A DNA stretch of 64,000 nucleotides from contig DAIDBH010000018.1 in assembly GCA_027310185.1 (NCBI GenBank), forward strand, positions 1-64,000, in the 5' to 3' direction. Positions 10,210 to 20,498 of this stretch are shown one piece after another. Under the pieces are notes generated by a model that saw only the letters and a program-made list of their open reading frames with translations, searched no databases and was not told the origin of the DNA. Each line of letters starts with the position of its first letter. The first letter of the stretch is position 1. Origin of the DNA: Thermoplasmatales archaeon (GTDB taxonomy: Archaea > Thermoplasmatota > Thermoplasmata > Thermoplasmatales > Thermoplasmataceae). Position numbers and translations under genes: made by a program.

Positions 10210-10356
10210 TTAATTTAGTTTTTCTACAACTGAGTCGAAGATGTGACCCACAACTAAGCCGGCTATGGCTCCTGGAATGAAACCGTACTTCTTACCTACT
10301 GCATGGCCTATCATAGCTCCTATAAGGGGGCCAGCTATTTTACCTTTATTTTCCAT
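10210..10356 (-). CDS. 48-aa glycine-zipper small membrane protein (not in ORF track)
   Basis: Hand translation MENKGKIAGPLIGAMIGHAVGKKYGFIPGAIAGLVVGHIFDSVVEKLN; repeated GxxxG; GC-richer than flanks; TATA-like TATTTAAA ~20 bp upstream. Confidence 0.75.
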   Translation of the reverse strand: MENKGKIAGPLIGAMIGHAVGKKYGFIPGAIAGLVVGHIFDSVVEKLN

Positions 10357-10608
10357 GGCACATATAGTGCATCTTTAAATATATACCTATCCTCATAGAA
10401 AATCTTATGCTTATAAAAATAATTCATTCCGAAATTCAATTGATTCAACATAGTTTTTAACAGATAGGTTCAGACAGCAAATGATATATAAAAAAGTCTT
10501 GTCTTGTGAAATGTAGAGAAAATAATTCAGAAATCTATAAGGGTTAAATAGTTTAGAAAATAAGTTAAATGGAGGTTAAATCAAATGATCTTTTGCGTTT
10601 TAATCACC

Positions 10609-11538
10609 CTAAGGAAGTACTAATCCCACTCTAGTAACAATTTTATTATTATTACGCATGTTAACTATCTTATTTATCATTACTCTACCCATACCGAAAA
10701 CACCAATTAATGGATTAAAAGAACTACTCGCTTTAAAGTTATGCCAATCATAAGTCCACGATCTAAAAATCGGTCCATAAACGGTTCTTTCAAAATTGTT
10801 AAAATCATCTTCCCAGAGAGTTGCCCATAAATTACACACAGTATATACTGAGTTATTCATCGGAAAATCTCTAGTACCCAGTGATAGCGAAAGATTCGGA
10901 CCTTGACGTTTTATGTTAATTGATACAAAGACTAAACCACTTTCGCTAATCTTTATTACGTTTTCCCTTCCTTCATTATCTGTGAAGTCTTTCCTTATTT
11001 TTTCATCTTCAACTACATCAAAAATTTTATTAATTTTAGGAACACCAAGATTCTTTGATGATCTGAAAAAATTTTGAATACTTCGAATAATTCTAACATC
11101 CTTTCCATAAAAGAAATCGGTTAGACCTCCAGTTGGGTATTCAATACTATTATTCGTTTTAAGTCCTGAATTAGAGCAGTTGTTATAGCAATCATATAAA
11201 TACTCAAAAGCACCTCCTGTGTATCCAAATGCAGGCCAAACTCTTGAATAGTTGTCATCTTGATTGTGGTCAGTTAGTTTGCTACCGTAATTTTTGTAAA
11301 GGTTGATTGGCAAAGTGTTTTGTATACTCGATCTGTATTTTGGTCTATATGTTATGGAAAGTTTTTCCTGAGCCAAATCTGATCTTTTAAAGTTATTAGA
11401 AGTTAAGAAAATTCCACACGAAATCGTGTTTTTAATTGAATAACCCTGAAAGGAGTAAAGACTTTGTAAGTTACTGCATTTAATACAATTGTTTAAGTGC
11501 TTATTGAGTGAATAATTATATAATTTCATCAAGTTCAT
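10609..11538 (-). CDS. Hypothetical protein
   Basis: 309-codon ORF in very AT-rich DNA; N-terminal CxxC; no firm family. Confidence 0.6.
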   Translation of the reverse strand: MNLMKLYNYSLNKHLNNCIKCSNLQSLYSFQGYSIKNTISCGIFLTSNNFKRSDLAQEKLSITYRPKYRSSIQNTLPINLYKNYGSKLTDHNQDDNYSRVWPAFGYTGGAFEYLYDCYNNCSNSGLKTNNSIEYPTGGLTDFFYGKDVRIIRSIQNFFRSSKNLGVPKINKIFDVVEDEKIRKDFTDNEGRENVIKISESGLVFVSINIKRQGPNLSLSLGTRDFPMNNSVYTVCNLWATLWEDDFNNFERTVYGPIFRSWTYDWHNFKASSSFNPLIGVFGMGRVMINKIVNMRNNNKIVTRVGLVLP

Positions 11539-11604
11539 TAAAATCTTAATAAAATATAAAAGTTTCTAATTAGGAACGAAATTTGGTATACTATCTTATG
11601 ACTT

Positions 11605-12944
11605 TGGTTCATTCCCCTAATTGGAGACAATATTGTCTTATAAGATTTCAAGCTTCCTGAATCTTTTCCATACATTTCCTGTTCATCTCCCCTGGTGTAA
11701 TATATCCTATGGCACTGTGCAATCTCTCATTGTTATAGAAATCCACATACCTTCCGATTGTGGATTTCGCTTCCTCAAGACCTTCAAACTCTAATCTTCT
11801 TATTACCTCCCTTTCCAGGATCGAGTTGAATGGTTCTATGTGTGCATCCTCCTTTGGCGTGGCAGGATGTATCCTCTCATGAGGTATGTTAATCATTCAT
11901 AAGAAATTCTCAACTGTATTGCATATGAACTATGTGCCGTTGTTACTTCTCATGCGTATTCCAGAAACACTCTCCAGGCCTCTCTTATCAAACGCGATCA
12001 TCATTGTTTCCTTAACATCCCTGTCAGTGCAGTGGTATCCAAAGTAATGGCCAGCAATTTCCCTGCTGTAGCAGTCGATCATGGCAAGAAGATATGCATT
12101 CCTCGATTCTCCATGGACCCAGACATACTTTATGTCGAATTCCCACACCCGATCCATTGATGATACATCAACAACGGACTGCACAACTCTTGTAACATGT
12201 CTTCTCCTGTTGTATGAATGGTTGAGAAGATTATTCTCACTCATGAGTCTCCTGACCTTCTTCCCGTTGATGATATATCCGAGCCTGTTCAGCTGTTTTG
12301 CTTTCTTCTTATAACCGCAGCATACGAACTCCCTTGAGAAGAGTTCCTCCATTTCAGTCAGCTGGATCCTGTTACCTACAGCTATGTTTTTTTACGAAAA
12401 TTCCTAAAGTTGAAAGAAGGGTAGTTTCTCCCTCTTTTTGGCGGGAGATATTCATAGGTTTCGCCCTCATAAAATCTGCACCGTGGTATGTGAAAGATAT
12501 TCTCAACGTCACTTATTTCTAAGCCTTTAGTGATATATTCGCCTTCCAATTTCATTATTTCTCACCATCTTTTTTTTAAAGCATCTCTCAGCAGCTCATT
12601 CTCCAGGTCATTCTCTGCAAGGAGTCTCTCCAGTTTCCCATTCTCCTTCATGACCTTCCTTACTCCGGGTTCCATTCTTCTGTAGTGTTGTGTAAGGCCA
12701 TCTGATCTGAAAGTGTCATATGATTCCTTCCACTTTTAGTACGTTCCTGAATCCACGGAATATCTTCTGCATGTCTCAACAACCTTGTTGGTCTCCTTGA
12801 TCTCTTTTATGATTTCAAGTTTTTCTTACGCTCTCCATCTTCGCCTTTTAGTCACTGTTCAACCCAAAACCTTTTCAATTCATCTCTTAATATATATTTA
12901 TCACTATAGTACAACTTTGTCTCATTATTTAAGGGGGCAGACCA
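11605..12944 (-). mobile_element. IS3-family insertion sequence, degenerate
   Basis: Imperfect terminal inverted repeats TGGTTCATTCCCCTAATTGGAGACAA (11605-11630) vs TGGTCTGCCCCCTTAAATAATGAGACAA (reverse complement of 12917-12944), TG...CA ends, 1340 bp, orfA/orfB layout. Confidence 0.88.
11648..12855 (-). pseudogene. IS3 transposase orfA/orfB pseudogene
   Basis: orfA from GTG 12855 (TKRRRWRA*EKLEIIKE...) has in-frame stops; orfB integrase core split (WEFDIKY..IDCYSRE; SNNGT* replacing SDNG; NNERLHSAIGY); A8G slippery run near 12569-12577. Confidence 0.88.
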
Positions 12945-13032
12945 GGAGCTAAGACAGGCTCCTCACAATTTTTAGTGTATTGAGTTATATGTCTCAGGAA
13001 TAGATTAAATACTTTAAAAAAGTATACATCAC

Positions 13033-15774
13033 ATGGAATCTCTTCTTGATGAAATACTGAATAAACCATTTCCTCTATCTGATGTTCAGAAAGATGCAGT
13101 TGAGTCAAATTCCAGATATATCCGAATAATTGCCGGTGCAGGAGCTGGAAAAACAGAAACACTTGCAAGAAAGATACTTTTCTACCTTCTTTACAAAAAC
13201 ATAGAGCCATCAGAAATTGTAGCATTTACATTTACAGAAAAGGCAGCTCAAAGCATGAAGAGCAGGATTCATCAGAGATTGTTACAGCTGGGGAAAAATG
13301 ATCTGCTTAAGAAATTTGGAGAGATGTATGTAGGAACAATTCACGGATACTGCTCCAAATTACTGCAGGAAAAGTATGGCATGTCCGGGTTTTCAGTTTT
13401 AGATGAAAATCAGCAAATGGCATTCATAATAAGAGAAGGATATACTATTGGATTGAATAAGTCAATATATGATAAACACGGTAGCTACTTAAACAGATGC
13501 AAGGTATTTATATCAACTTTAAGCGTGTATTATTCAGAACTGATCGATAAGAGTTCCATCAGTCAAAAGGACGACCATTTCAAAGCAATGCTCGAAAGAT
13601 ATGAAGATGCTTTAAGGACGCATCGTAAGCTGACGTTTGACACACTAATAACCAATGCCATAGCAAAACTGAGTGAATTTGGCAATAAGAACAATATCAA
13701 ATGCCTTATTGTTGATGAATTTCAGGATATTAACCATGCACAGTACGAGTTGATCAAACTTCTATCTAAAAACTCATCCCTGTCTATAGTAGGGGACCCC
13801 AGGCAGAGTATATATCAGTGGAGAGGGGGGAACCCGGAATTCTTTCAGAATTTCATAACTGATTTTAAAGAAGTGAGTACTTATGAAATCAGGGAAAACA
13901 GGAGGAGTCCAAAGGAAATAGTTGATATGTCAAACGCTATTTCCGAAAACTTCTCATCGGTTAAGTTCAGTCAAATGATCTGTTCAAATGGAAAAACTGG
14001 TGTGATAGCAAAAACTAAATTTGAGAATGCTCAGGAGGAGGCAGCGGAAATAGCCGATGAAATACACAGAATTACAGAGAATGGAAATATTTCATATTCT
14101 AATTTCAGCATCCTGTTAAGAAGCATCAGGACTTCAGCTGACCCGCTCATTGATGCACTTAAATCCAGAAAAATCCCTTACATAATAGGTGGTAAGGTCG
14201 GTCTGTTCAAGAGAGAGGAAGCTCGGTCACTGGGAATGTTTATCTGTTGGTTATGGGAAAGGGGATACTGGCAGGATAATGCCAACAATAATGGAAAAGG
14301 GATCACTGGTGAACAGTTAAGAAAAGAGGCCTTAAATTTATGGGAAAATAGCACAAATAGGAAATTGATCGCTTCCGACACAATCATCAAGCTTGATGAA
14401 TGGAAGGATAAGGTTCTGTCTTCCTTCCCATCAGATGATTATGGATATAAGGACATCCTTCACGAATTACTGAATATTTTAGGGTACAAGAAACTGGATC
14501 CAAAAAATGATCTGGATGCAGTTATCATGGCTAATATTGGCTCTTTCAGCAATATATTAGGGGATTTTGAGTCCTCATTCAGACTTGGAGGACGAAGAAG
14601 TGCGTTCTCTAGGGAACTCAGGGATCTCTGTAATTTTTTGAATGGATACGCACAGTTTTCATATGATGAACAACCTTCAGAATCCGAGGTTAAATTGAAT
14701 GCAGTAAATCTAACAACAATTCATCAGGCGAAAGGGCTGGAGTGGCCCGTTGTCTTTTTGCCATCCATGATAAACAGGAGGTTTCCATCCAAGCGTACTG
14801 GCGATCCCAAATCACAGTGGATGGCAGATTTTAGCGAACTTATTCGTACCGACTACTTCGAAAAAGACGACAGTGAGCTGAGACTTCTTTATGTGGCAGT
14901 TACAAGAGCAAGTAATGTTATAATAATGAGTCATTTCCTGAGACATCCCAAAAAAGCTGCAAGTCCAAGCGAATATTTCGAAATAATAGAGAGTTTCTGT
15001 CGCGAAGTTGACAGGATAAATGTCCTTGCCATGGAAAATTATATAAAAGGCAATGAAACTGTTACGGATGATATAGAATCATTTGCAGTAAAGGAACTGA
15101 TTGAATATGAGTTATGTCCATATCATTACAGGTTATCTAAAAGATGGCACTATATTCAGGGAGTCAATACATTCATGGGCTATGGAGAAGCTCTTCACAA
15201 TATAATGCGTGAAACCTCGGAGCGTATAAAAAACGGGGAAAAATATGATGAGGCTCTGGATAAAGCATCCGATGATTTTCACCTTCCTTATGCATCATCT
15301 GATTTGAAGAAAAAACTTAAATCAGGGGCCAAAAAGGAGTTACTCGAGTTCATAAAAGATAATGGAAACTATCTGAAAAACGTTAAGGAAACTGAAATGA
15401 GAATAGAATTTCCAGCCAAAAATGCAACAATAATCGGTAAGGTAGACGTGATACTGGACACCAACAATGGAATGGAAGTGAGAGATTACAAATCATCTGA
15501 AACTGTAATGAAAAATGAACATTCAGAATTTCAGGTAAGGCTTTATGCAAAGGGTTTACAGGAGTTAGGATGGAAAATAACAAAGGGATCAGTAGCAAAC
15601 CTCAAGGATAACGAACTCAAGGAAGTCGAAGTGTCAACAACAAAACTCGATGAGACCCTTAACAAAGCAGAAAAGATAATAGAAAAAATAAAAAACCAGG
15701 AATATGACCCAAACCTTAGTGAATTTTGTGAGATATGTGAATACAAGCAAATTTGTTATAAATATCAAGTTTAA
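13033..15774 (+). CDS. UvrD/REP SF1 helicase fused to C-terminal PD-(D/E)xK (Cas4/AddB-like) nuclease
   Basis: AGAGAGKT, FTFTEKAA, VDEFQD, VGDPRQSIY, NRRS, TIHQAKGLEW, YVAVTRA; C-terminal CPYHY...GKVD...DYKS...QVRLY...CEICEYKQIC. Confidence 0.92.
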   Translation: MESLLDEILNKPFPLSDVQKDAVESNSRYIRIIAGAGAGKTETLARKILFYLLYKNIEPSEIVAFTFTEKAAQSMKSRIHQRLLQLGKNDLLKKFGEMYVGTIHGYCSKLLQEKYGMSGFSVLDENQQMAFIIREGYTIGLNKSIYDKHGSYLNRCKVFISTLSVYYSELIDKSSISQKDDHFKAMLERYEDALRTHRKLTFDTLITNAIAKLSEFGNKNNIKCLIVDEFQDINHAQYELIKLLSKNSSLSIVGDPRQSIYQWRGGNPEFFQNFITDFKEVSTYEIRENRRSPKEIVDMSNAISENFSSVKFSQMICSNGKTGVIAKTKFENAQEEAAEIADEIHRITENGNISYSNFSILLRSIRTSADPLIDALKSRKIPYIIGGKVGLFKREEARSLGMFICWLWERGYWQDNANNNGKGITGEQLRKEALNLWENSTNRKLIASDTIIKLDEWKDKVLSSFPSDDYGYKDILHELLNILGYKKLDPKNDLDAVIMANIGSFSNILGDFESSFRLGGRRSAFSRELRDLCNFLNGYAQFSYDEQPSESEVKLNAVNLTTIHQAKGLEWPVVFLPSMINRRFPSKRTGDPKSQWMADFSELIRTDYFEKDDSELRLLYVAVTRASNVIIMSHFLRHPKKAASPSEYFEIIESFCREVDRINVLAMENYIKGNETVTDDIESFAVKELIEYELCPYHYRLSKRWHYIQGVNTFMGYGEALHNIMRETSERIKNGEKYDEALDKASDDFHLPYASSDLKKKLKSGAKKELLEFIKDNGNYLKNVKETEMRIEFPAKNATIIGKVDVILDTNNGMEVRDYKSSETVMKNEHSEFQVRLYAKGLQELGWKITKGSVANLKDNELKEVEVSTTKLDETLNKAEKIIEKIKNQEYDPNLSEFCEICEYKQICYKYQV

Positions 15775-15842
15775 GTGAAGATGGATTGGAAAATCTATGT
15801 AAGAATATAGTAAATTAAATAGAATGTGACAATATATATAAT

Positions 15843-16445
15843 ATGAATAAACATAATAACTACCCGGTTAAAAACGTTATTATTTTGATTGTTTTACTCA
15901 TCACAACTTGTTTTCTTGCGGAGATTATTTTATTTCTTCTTCTTGGTATTCCTCAACCTCCATTTGTATACAATCTCGGAAGTGTGATGGTACCATACAC
16001 AGGGGTACATCTTACTTATATTGGTTTCATCTTGCCGTTAGGCATTTCAATATTATTCTTTTTAATTTACGCACAGACCTCCCACAAACTAAATCTCAAA
16101 ATAATGTTAGCGTTTGCAACAGTCATGTTGATTTTAGCCATATTACTCTATTTTGTGCCTTCTCTTCAATATATTGAAAAAGGAGTTGGATCACACCAAA
16201 GCATTATTATTTTTATTGTTTCTCTGTTCTGGTTAATTGCAATTATCCTTAAAGACAGAAATGCAGGATTATTATTATCATATCCAATATTTTTCTTGGC
16301 TGGTGTGATCACTGATATAGATTCATTGGCAATTTTTAAATCGCTTTATTTTGGAGGTGCATTTCTTTATGATGGAGATTTTCTTTTTCCGCTTTTATTT
16401 TTTGATATATCCTTCTGGGTATGGATAATCAGGAGAAAAGTTTAA
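15843..16445 (+). CDS. Multi-pass membrane protein (weak DUF1614-like resemblance)
   Basis: About six hydrophobic segments; C-terminal FGGAFLYDGDFL. Confidence 0.6.
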   Translation: MNKHNNYPVKNVIILIVLLITTCFLAEIILFLLLGIPQPPFVYNLGSVMVPYTGVHLTYIGFILPLGISILFFLIYAQTSHKLNLKIMLAFATVMLILAILLYFVPSLQYIEKGVGSHQSIIIFIVSLFWLIAIILKDRNAGLLLSYPIFFLAGVITDIDSLAIFKSLYFGGAFLYDGDFLFPLLFFDISFWVWIIRRKV

Positions 16446-16682
16446 CCTAAAACAGATAATTCCTTGTTCTTTAGAAAATAATTTTGTTCAATAACGCATT
16501 CAAATCCCGCTTTTCGTTAAAATTTGTAACAATTTCGACGAATCAAAAGGAAATAAGACGAAAATGGAAATCGACTATTTGCATCAGCAATCTAAGGTCG
16601 AGGCACTTTTAATATCGTAACAAATTCTGCGCTACGCAAATTATTTAAATCATCAGTTATATGTAAAAATGGTTAAGCTAAA

Positions 16683-17669
16683 ATGTCTAATATTCTAATA
16701 ACTGGTGGGGAAGGGGTTCTGGGTTCATCATTGGCAAATTTCTTTTTAAAGTCTAATAATGAAGTTACTCTAATTGATTTTGTAAGGAAGGAAGAATGCA
16801 CCCGTCTGAAGTCATTTGGTATATTGGATCAGGTGGATTATATCTGGAAATCTTCATTAGACATCAGCGTTCAGGATATTGAAAAAATAGACATGATATT
16901 TGACTGTGCCATTGGGTTTCCAGATAGGCCATTTGGAACAGACTCTCCCCGCTCCGGAATATATGGTAATTTATCTCCCGCCATTGGTCTACTTGAAGCA
17001 GTAAGGCATGCCTCAAATAAGCCAACTCTGGTATATCCAAGCAGTTTTAACGCACTTTACGGATATAGCGGTACCTATAATGAGTTAACACCAATAAATC
17101 CAACCTCTATTTATGGATGGACTAAAGCTGCAGTCGAAACCCTCTATCTTACTTACTATCGATCCTTTGGAATTCCAATTATTATAACAAGGGTCGGATC
17201 AAGTTATGGTGAAATGATGAGAACTGATGAATTAGTTGCCAGGCTCATAATGAAAGGTTTAAGAAGTGAAAAATTTCTATTGAGATCGCCAAAATCTAAA
17301 AGATTATGGACTTACATTGGAGATGTCATTGGTGCTTACGGTGCTTTGGTAAAGCAAAGCGATTATGGCAAATCAGAACAATTCCTCAACGAATTAAAAG
17401 AATTGAATTTATGTTTAAACATAGCAGGGAATTTAGGGGACAAAGTAGTAAACAACGAGGAACTGTCGAGCATCATAGGAGAGATAACTGGATTCAGAGA
17501 CAACATATTGAGTAGTGATAAATATGAACCCGGAGAGTTTCTTAACGGAAATCCCATATCTTTTGGTTTTGATGCAGAGCGCACAAGAAAAATTTTGAAG
17601 TGGAAACCCACTTATTCCCTGAATGAAGGTATTAGCAAAACAACAGAATGGTTCAGAAATAAAATTTAA
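16683..17669 (+). CDS. NAD-dependent epimerase/dehydratase (extended SDR)
   Basis: ILITGGEGVLG Rossmann motif; SS..LYG; YGWTK catalytic YxxxK. Confidence 0.92.
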   Translation: MSNILITGGEGVLGSSLANFFLKSNNEVTLIDFVRKEECTRLKSFGILDQVDYIWKSSLDISVQDIEKIDMIFDCAIGFPDRPFGTDSPRSGIYGNLSPAIGLLEAVRHASNKPTLVYPSSFNALYGYSGTYNELTPINPTSIYGWTKAAVETLYLTYYRSFGIPIIITRVGSSYGEMMRTDELVARLIMKGLRSEKFLLRSPKSKRLWTYIGDVIGAYGALVKQSDYGKSEQFLNELKELNLCLNIAGNLGDKVVNNEELSSIIGEITGFRDNILSSDKYEPGEFLNGNPISFGFDAERTRKILKWKPTYSLNEGISKTTEWFRNKI

Positions 17670-17680
17670 AGGAGGATGAA

Positions 17681-18772
17681 ATGAATAATACGGTCAGTTA
17701 TAATGAAAAATCTGAAATAAAGAAAGACAGGTTGGAAACTTATCCATGGAGGATAACGTTTGACACAAATCCTGATGATTGTAACATGTCATGCATAATG
17801 TGCGAGGAGCACAGTATTTTCAGCCCTTTGAGGAAGGAGAGAATCTTAAAAAACAAACCTCATAGAAGGATGGACTTTGAAATTATAAGGAAAACTGTTA
17901 GTGAAATGGTTAAATATGGATTGGTAGAGGTAATACCATCAACAATGGGAGAACCGCTCCTTTACGAAAATTTTGAAGATATTGTAGATTTATGCAAGCA
18001 AACGGGTGTAAGACTGAACCTGACCACAAACGGAACCTGGCCAAGACTGGGCCCTGAGAAATGGGCACGTCTGATCTGTGAGGTTACAAGTGATGTTAAA
18101 ATTTCATGGAATGGAGCAACTAAGAATACCCAGGAATCAATAATGAAAGGATCACTATTCGATAAGCGCCTCAACGACCTAAAGGTATTTATTGCTACCA
18201 GAGACATGATCGCAGAGTCTACGAAGAAAAGATGCAGGATCACTCTTCAATGTACATTCTTGGAAACAAATGTTAACGAGCTTCCAGACTTCCTGGATAT
18301 GGCAATAGCTCTTGGAGTTGACAGAGTGAAGGGACATCAGTTATGGGTAAACTTTCCAGAGATCTCAGGTTTAGATATGAGAAGGTCAAAAGAATCTATT
18401 GAAAGGTGGAACAATGTTGTGGATAGATGTAATGATATTGTAAGCAGAAGAGTTAATAAATACGGAAACCACATACTACTTGAAAATTTTAACAGGCTTG
18501 AAGTAGGATCGCCAGGAATGATGCCTGGAGAATGGGAATGCCCTTTTTTGGGTAAAGAGGCATGGGTAAATTATGAAGGAAAATTCAACCCATGCTGTGC
18601 CCCCGATGCTGAACGAAAAAAACTCGGTTCATTTGGTAATGTCATGGAAGGAGGTGGCCTGGAATCCATATGGAAAAGTTCAAGTTACAGGAACCTTCTA
18701 AAAAGTTACAGGACAAACAGCATATGTCTGAAGTGCAATATGCGCAAACCTCTCACACTGGTGAGGAAATAA
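17681..18772 (+). CDS. Radical SAM protein with SPASM/twitch domain
   Basis: CNMSCIMC (CxxxCxxC), GEPLL, LTTNGT; C-terminal CPF...PCC...GN...W...CLKC; SD-like AGGAGG upstream. Confidence 0.92.
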   Translation: MNNTVSYNEKSEIKKDRLETYPWRITFDTNPDDCNMSCIMCEEHSIFSPLRKERILKNKPHRRMDFEIIRKTVSEMVKYGLVEVIPSTMGEPLLYENFEDIVDLCKQTGVRLNLTTNGTWPRLGPEKWARLICEVTSDVKISWNGATKNTQESIMKGSLFDKRLNDLKVFIATRDMIAESTKKRCRITLQCTFLETNVNELPDFLDMAIALGVDRVKGHQLWVNFPEISGLDMRRSKESIERWNNVVDRCNDIVSRRVNKYGNHILLENFNRLEVGSPGMMPGEWECPFLGKEAWVNYEGKFNPCCAPDAERKKLGSFGNVMEGGGLESIWKSSSYRNLLKSYRTNSICLKCNMRKPLTLVRK

Positions 18773-18773
18773 A

Positions 18774-20498
18774 ATGAGCGAGTTTAACTCACTGAAGGAT
18801 AAAAAGGAATTAGAAGAGTTATGGGAAGGATCTAAGGTATCAATTGACCTAACACATCACATTTTAAATGGCAACCCCATGTATGGTGAAAGATTTGAGG
18901 AAGTTTTATCATTTCATTCCCCTGGCCTTGCACCTGCCAAGAAAGATCATAAATGGTTTCACATTGATGCACATGGCAGGCCGGTATACAGGGAAAAATA
19001 TGACAGGGTATGGGGGTACTATGAAAATCTTGCGACTGTTTCAAATAATGGTGTATATTACCATATAGATCCAAAGGGAAATTCCGCTTATTCCAACAGA
19101 TTTCTCTGGTGCGGCAATTTCCAGGATAACAGGTGTAGTGTTCAGTACAGTGATTTAAGATTTGGGCACATTCTCGCAGACGGTAAAAAAGCATATGAAC
19201 AAACATATAGATATGCCGGCGATTTCAGAGAGTCATACGCTGTTGTGCAGCTAGATAATGGAATGCATGTCCACATAGATAAATATGGTAAAAGGCTTAA
19301 TGAAAAGGAATTCATCGATCTGACCCCATTCCATAAAGGCATCAGTTGCGCCAGGGATTCGGCTGGCTGGTTTCACATTGATAAAAACGGTGACGGCCTC
19401 TATGATGTAAGGTATGAATACATCGAGCCTTTTTATAATGGACATGCAAAAGTCATTACCAGATATGGAGAAATCAGTATTATTGATGAAGATGGAAGCA
19501 CACTGTCTACAGTAAGAGAACAAATGGAGACTCCACTTCAGGCACTTTCTAATAAAATGGTTGGGTTCTGGAACACAGAACTATTATTTACCATATCCAA
19601 AATGGGCATTATGGACATTCTGCCAGCAACATCCAAGAACGTATCAGAACGTCTTAATCTGGAAGAAAGCAAGGTTGAAAGAATAATGAGGGCACTCTGG
19701 GAGGTAAACCTTGTTTCTAAGGAAGATAATATCTGGAAAACTACAATGGAGGGTTCGCTTTTTAGAAGCGATTCAAGTTATAATGCTAAAGCAGCCATAT
19801 GGAATTGGAGGGAGTTTCATAAAAAACCGTGGGAAAATCTAGGTAGCGCATTGTTTAATGGGGACAAGCACAACAGTGAGGATTCAGGAAAAAAGTTTTT
19901 TGGCAGCATCGAGAAAAATCTCCAGAATCTTAAAATTTATCAGGAAGCGATGGCTTTCTACGCACTGCATGACTATTCACAAATCAGTAACTTAATCCGC
20001 ATAAATGGTGACGAGATTATAGCTGATGCAGGAGGTGGATATGGAATACTGTTATGCCTGCTTAAACAAAAATTTCCCAATATAAGGACCATGCTTTTTG
20101 ACACACCCGGTGTAATAAACTTGGCTAGGAAAAATAATACGAGTTGTAAATTGGAGTTTGTGGAAGGAAATATCTTCGCATCTTTTCCGTTCAAGGCTAA
20201 CGTAATATTTCTATGTAGAGTTCTTCACGACTGGAATGACAAATCTGCTCATATTATACTCAAGAATGCAAGGAATGCATTGCTGGAAGGTGGTTCGATT
20301 TACATTGTTGATCGATTGTTGAATTCAGATTCTCCCAATGGGGGAATGCTGGACATGAATATGCTATGTACAACAGGAGGAAAAGAAAGGTCATTAGAAG
20401 AATTAAGAGACATACTTGAAAATTCAGGTTTTAAAATATCAAATCTCACAACAAACTCAAGATTCGGATTCCTAATAGAGGCAAGGATAGGTGAATAA
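18774..20498 (+). CDS. WG-repeat beta domain fused to class I SAM O-methyltransferase
   Basis: Five to six ~35-aa repeats with HID..G; dimerisation HTH; DAGGGYG, GNIF, RVLHDW, GGKERS motifs. Confidence 0.88.
   Translation: MSEFNSLKDKKELEELWEGSKVSIDLTHHILNGNPMYGERFEEVLSFHSPGLAPAKKDHKWFHIDAHGRPVYREKYDRVWGYYENLATVSNNGVYYHIDPKGNSAYSNRFLWCGNFQDNRCSVQYSDLRFGHILADGKKAYEQTYRYAGDFRESYAVVQLDNGMHVHIDKYGKRLNEKEFIDLTPFHKGISCARDSAGWFHIDKNGDGLYDVRYEYIEPFYNGHAKVITRYGEISIIDEDGSTLSTVREQMETPLQALSNKMVGFWNTELLFTISKMGIMDILPATSKNVSERLNLEESKVERIMRALWEVNLVSKEDNIWKTTMEGSLFRSDSSYNAKAAIWNWREFHKKPWENLGSALFNGDKHNSEDSGKKFFGSIEKNLQNLKIYQEAMAFYALHDYSQISNLIRINGDEIIADAGGGYGILLCLLKQKFPNIRTMLFDTPGVINLARKNNTSCKLEFVEGNIFASFPFKANVIFLCRVLHDWNDKSAHIILKNARNALLEGGSIYIVDRLLNSDSPNGGMLDMNMLCTTGGKERSLEELRDILENSGFKISNLTTNSRFGFLIEARIGE

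Noticed and set aside
1322-15774. Gabija-like pairing of the OLD nuclease and UvrD helicase
   Set aside because: Genes are ~10 kb apart with unrelated genes between them, and the UvrD has its own nuclease domain, unlike GajB
15060-15774. Cas4-like domain suggesting a CRISPR locus
   Set aside because: It is fused to UvrD; no cas1/cas2 and no repeat-spacer array was seen in the window
17681-18772. QueE or viperin identity for the radical SAM protein
   Set aside because: It has a C-terminal SPASM/twitch Cys cluster and lacks the QueE FVR..GC or viperin NYH motifs
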